Shown: one piece after another, positions 61,103 through 64,000 of the stretch | How the letters are laid out: every line of letters starts with the position of its first letter | How positions within the stretch are numbered: the stretch's first letter is position 1 | Notes under the pieces: generated by a model | Told to the model about the DNA's origin: nothing | What the model saw: only the letters and a program-made list of their open reading frames with translations | Database searches by the model: none | DNA from: Cyanophora paradoxa CCMP329 | Lineage: Eukaryota > Plantae > Glaucophyta | Length of the DNA: 64,000 bases | Direction of reading: 5' to 3' | Assembly: GCA_004431415.1 (NCBI GenBank) | Contig: QPMI01000656.1 | Coordinates: 1-64,000, forward strand | Made by a program: the position numbers and the translations under genes

Positions 61103-64000
61103 ATGTCTGTGCGCAGCTATGAGCTCTCGTGGCTCGTCGAGGAGTCCGCGTTGTCGCCGCGCGGCGGAAAGAAGGGTGAAGAGAAGTTCAGGATGACGCT
61201 GCTGGAGGTCCTGGCACGTGAGGGTTCGTTTGCGATGTTTCTTTTTAGCACGCGATGGTTGTGCCGCGCCGGCTTTCATCGGGCGTTGACGCGCCAGGCA
61301 CCGCTGCCGTTTGACGCCTCGTCCACAGGCATCATGAGCGTCCTCAAGCAGCTTGCGGACGATCTCAGCCACAGCCGCTCCTCTCGGCGCCTGCGGCTCC
61401 TGATGCAGTCGCACGAGGTCCGCGCCGGGAGGTCGGAGTCTCGCAGCTCCGGCGGATCCCTGACGTAACGCCCGCAGGTCGTCCAGCAGCTCTCGGCGTT
61501 GCGCGAGGAGCAGAACACGGCCGTTCGAGCGCTGATTAAGAACCATGGGGCGCTCGTCGCGGAGGCGCGACCCCCGCCCCGCCCCGCCGGCCGGCCGCCT
61601 CACCGACATTTGATCCGCAGCGGGACGACGCGTGCCAGGACCGAGAGGCGGCGGCGAAGGACCTGGACGCGCTCCTGCGGAGCCTGGACGCGGCGCGGGG
61701 CTCCCTCGTCCGCCTGGAGTACCACGCCCGCTCCCTCCTCCACCTCCCCGAGGCCCGCGGTGCGGCCGCGCCCCGCGCCCCGCGCCCGTCCCGCCCCCCC
61801 GCCCTCACGCGGGCGCTGCAGGCCTGCGAGTGGTGCTGGAGGAGCTGCGGGCCGAGCGGGCGCCGCTGCCAGTCTTCGGCGGGTCGACGCAGGCGCTGGC
61901 GGCGCTGGCGAGCCCCGGGGGCGGGCAGGAGGAGGGGGCGGGGGCGGGGGCGGCGGGAGCCTCGCCGGGCGGCCTCTCGCGGCACGCCTCGCTCTCCGTG
62001 GCGGCGGCCAAGACCGACCGCGAGCGCGCCGACAACGCCGCCCAGGTGCCCCCGATCCCCGGGCCCGGGGGCGCCCCCGCCCCGGCTGAGGCCTTCCGCA
62101 GTGGTCGCCGCGGCGGGTGGATGCGGAGCGGCAGCGGCGGCACCGGGCGGTGGGCGCCGTGCGTGAGCTGGTGGCCCGCGCGGTGGCCGTCCCCGCGCCG
62201 GCGCCGCCCCTCCACGCCGAGCTCGCCTCGGCCCTCCACGAGCTCTGCACCGACGCCGAGCAGGCCCGCCCCCCGCCCGCCCCCCGCCCGCCCGCCTTCC
62301 TCCCCGCGCCCGCCCCGACTCCCCGCCCGCAGCTCCTCGCCGAGAACGAGTCGCTGCGGGAGGCGCTGGCCGTCGCCAGGCGCCGCCCTTCGCCCCGCGA
62401 CCGCTCTCTTCGCTCGAGCTCTAACGCGGGGCGCGCCGGCGCAGGGCCCCGCCCCTCCCGGACACCGCGACGCCGCGCAACGCCCCGACGGTCCGGACGG
62501 CCGCGCAGCCGCCGCAGCCGTGGGCCTGACGGGGCGGGCAGGACGAGACGGGGAGCCCGCAGAACACGCCCGAGTGGCGCGTCCGCATGCTCCGCCAGGC
62601 GCGCCCCGCCCCGCCGGGCCCCTCGCCCCGCCCCGCCCCGCCCCGCCGAGCACTGCGCCGCTCACGGCGGCCGCAGAAGACGGCGCTGCAGAAGGCGCTG
62701 GGGCAGGCGCGGGACCAGCGGGACGCCCTCGCCCGCGAGCTACAGGCCGAGATCCAGAGGTCAGTCGCCCGCGCGGGGCGGGGCGGGACCCGCCCCCGCC
62801 CGACTCCGCCTCGCGCAGGACGGGCCAGCTGCGGGAGCTGCTGCAGAAGGAGCAGGCGCGGGCGGCGCGCTCGGCGCGGGAGCGGGCGGCCCTCTACAAG
62901 CGCATCGAGGAGCTCGAGTCCAAGGCGCCCCCCCCCCCCCCCCCCCTCCCTCCCCTCTTCCCCTCCCATTCCTCCTCCTCCTCACGCGGGGCGCCGACGG
63001 ACAGTTCCTGGGGGACCGCCCGCCCTTCAGGGTGCCGATGCCGCGCCCCCGCGAGACGCACCTCGAGGCCCTCAAGTTCCAGCTCCAGTCGGCGCGCCCC
63101 GCCCCGCCCCGCCCCGCCCGTGCTCGCTGGCTGAGGGTCTCGGCGGGGGCGGGGCGCAGTGCGAGGCGCACATCGACGTGCTGGAGCGGCGGCTGAGGAA
63201 GGCGCGCGCCGGGGAGCGCTCCCGCCGCAACAGTGGCGCCAGCACCGCCCTGGGCCTCCCCCTCTCCCCGGGCAGCACCCTGGGCGCGCCCCTCTCGCCG
63301 GGCGGCGGCTGGGGCTCGGCGTCGGCCCCCGGCAGCTCGCCCCCGCCGATGCCGGCCTCGCCGGCCTCGCCCTCCCGGGGCCGGGGCCGAGGAGTCGGCC
63401 CTCGCCCACAAGCTCGCCGCCGCCGAGGCCCGGGTCCGCCCGCCCCGCCCCCGCCCCGCGCCTCGCCTCGCCCCGCCGCCCCGCCCCGCCCGCCTCACCT
63501 TCCTCCAGATCCGGGAGCTCACGGAGAAGCTGGAGGAGGAGGGGCACGGGGCGGGGCCCCTCTCCCGGGGCCCCCGCCCGCGGGCCACGAGGCCGGCGCC
63601 AGCCCCGCGAACCCCTTCGAGGCCCGCATCCGCACCCGCTTCGCCGCCGCCGCCGGCGCCGCCGCCGCCGCCTCCGGCTCCGGCTCCGGCCCCGGCGCCC
63701 CGGCCGGCGGCTCGCCCGACGCGCCCTCGTACCCGTCCCGCTGGCGAGCGCGCGGTCGGGGGCCGGGGAGGGGCCCGGGTCCCCCGAGGAGGGCTCGCAG
63801 GAGTGGGCGCGGGCCGCCTCGTGCGCGCCGAGGCGCACATCCGCTCCCTCCTGCAGACCCTCTCCGACGCCCTCGCCGAGCCCGGCACGCCCGCCCGCCC
63901 GGGGGCGGGGGCCCCGCACGCCGGCCCCGGCGGCGACGACGAGGCGGAGGACGCGCTGGTGCGGGACGCGGCCGTCGCGGCGGCCGAGGCCTCCTCGGCG
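61103..64000 (+). CDS. Coiled-coil protein of unknown function, runs off the window
   Basis: Spliced exons with heptad-rich segments (VVQQLSALREEQ, QLRELLQKEQ..LYKRIEELESK, IRELTEKLEEE) separated by C-rich introns. Confidence 0.6.

Overview
GC-rich, intron-dense eukaryotic nuclear DNA. It is probably from a plastid-bearing alga; a glaucophyte such as Cyanophora is an inference from a Phe-2 transit-peptide-like start. Most entries in the ORF track are artefacts of GC content, so I assembled about 15 spliced genes by hand: MBOAT acyltransferase (3' part), peroxisomal glycolate oxidase, a polycystin/TRPP channel with two C-terminal ryanodine-receptor (RyR) repeats, a head-to-head Venus-flytrap/Cys-rich/multi-TM receptor, a CBM20 protein, three F-box/LRR-type proteins, an SDR, NAA40, a folate-receptor-like protein, a tandem cNMP-binding protein, UVR-ApaG, a RING E3 and a coiled-coil protein. 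The centre (18903-30603) is an 11.7-kb LTR element with identical 493-bp LTRs, a 4-bp TSD and a tRNA-Pro-like PBS. It encodes only Gag (no pol) and carries a 1.9-kb array of 23 conserved hairpin modules upstream of gag. Other notable signals are frequent non-consensus GC-AG introns, non-coding DNA saturated with overlapping micro-palindromes, and a 486-bp poly(A)/17-bp-TSD retroposed insertion. Exon boundaries and family calls come from manual reading and motif recognition; no database searches were run.
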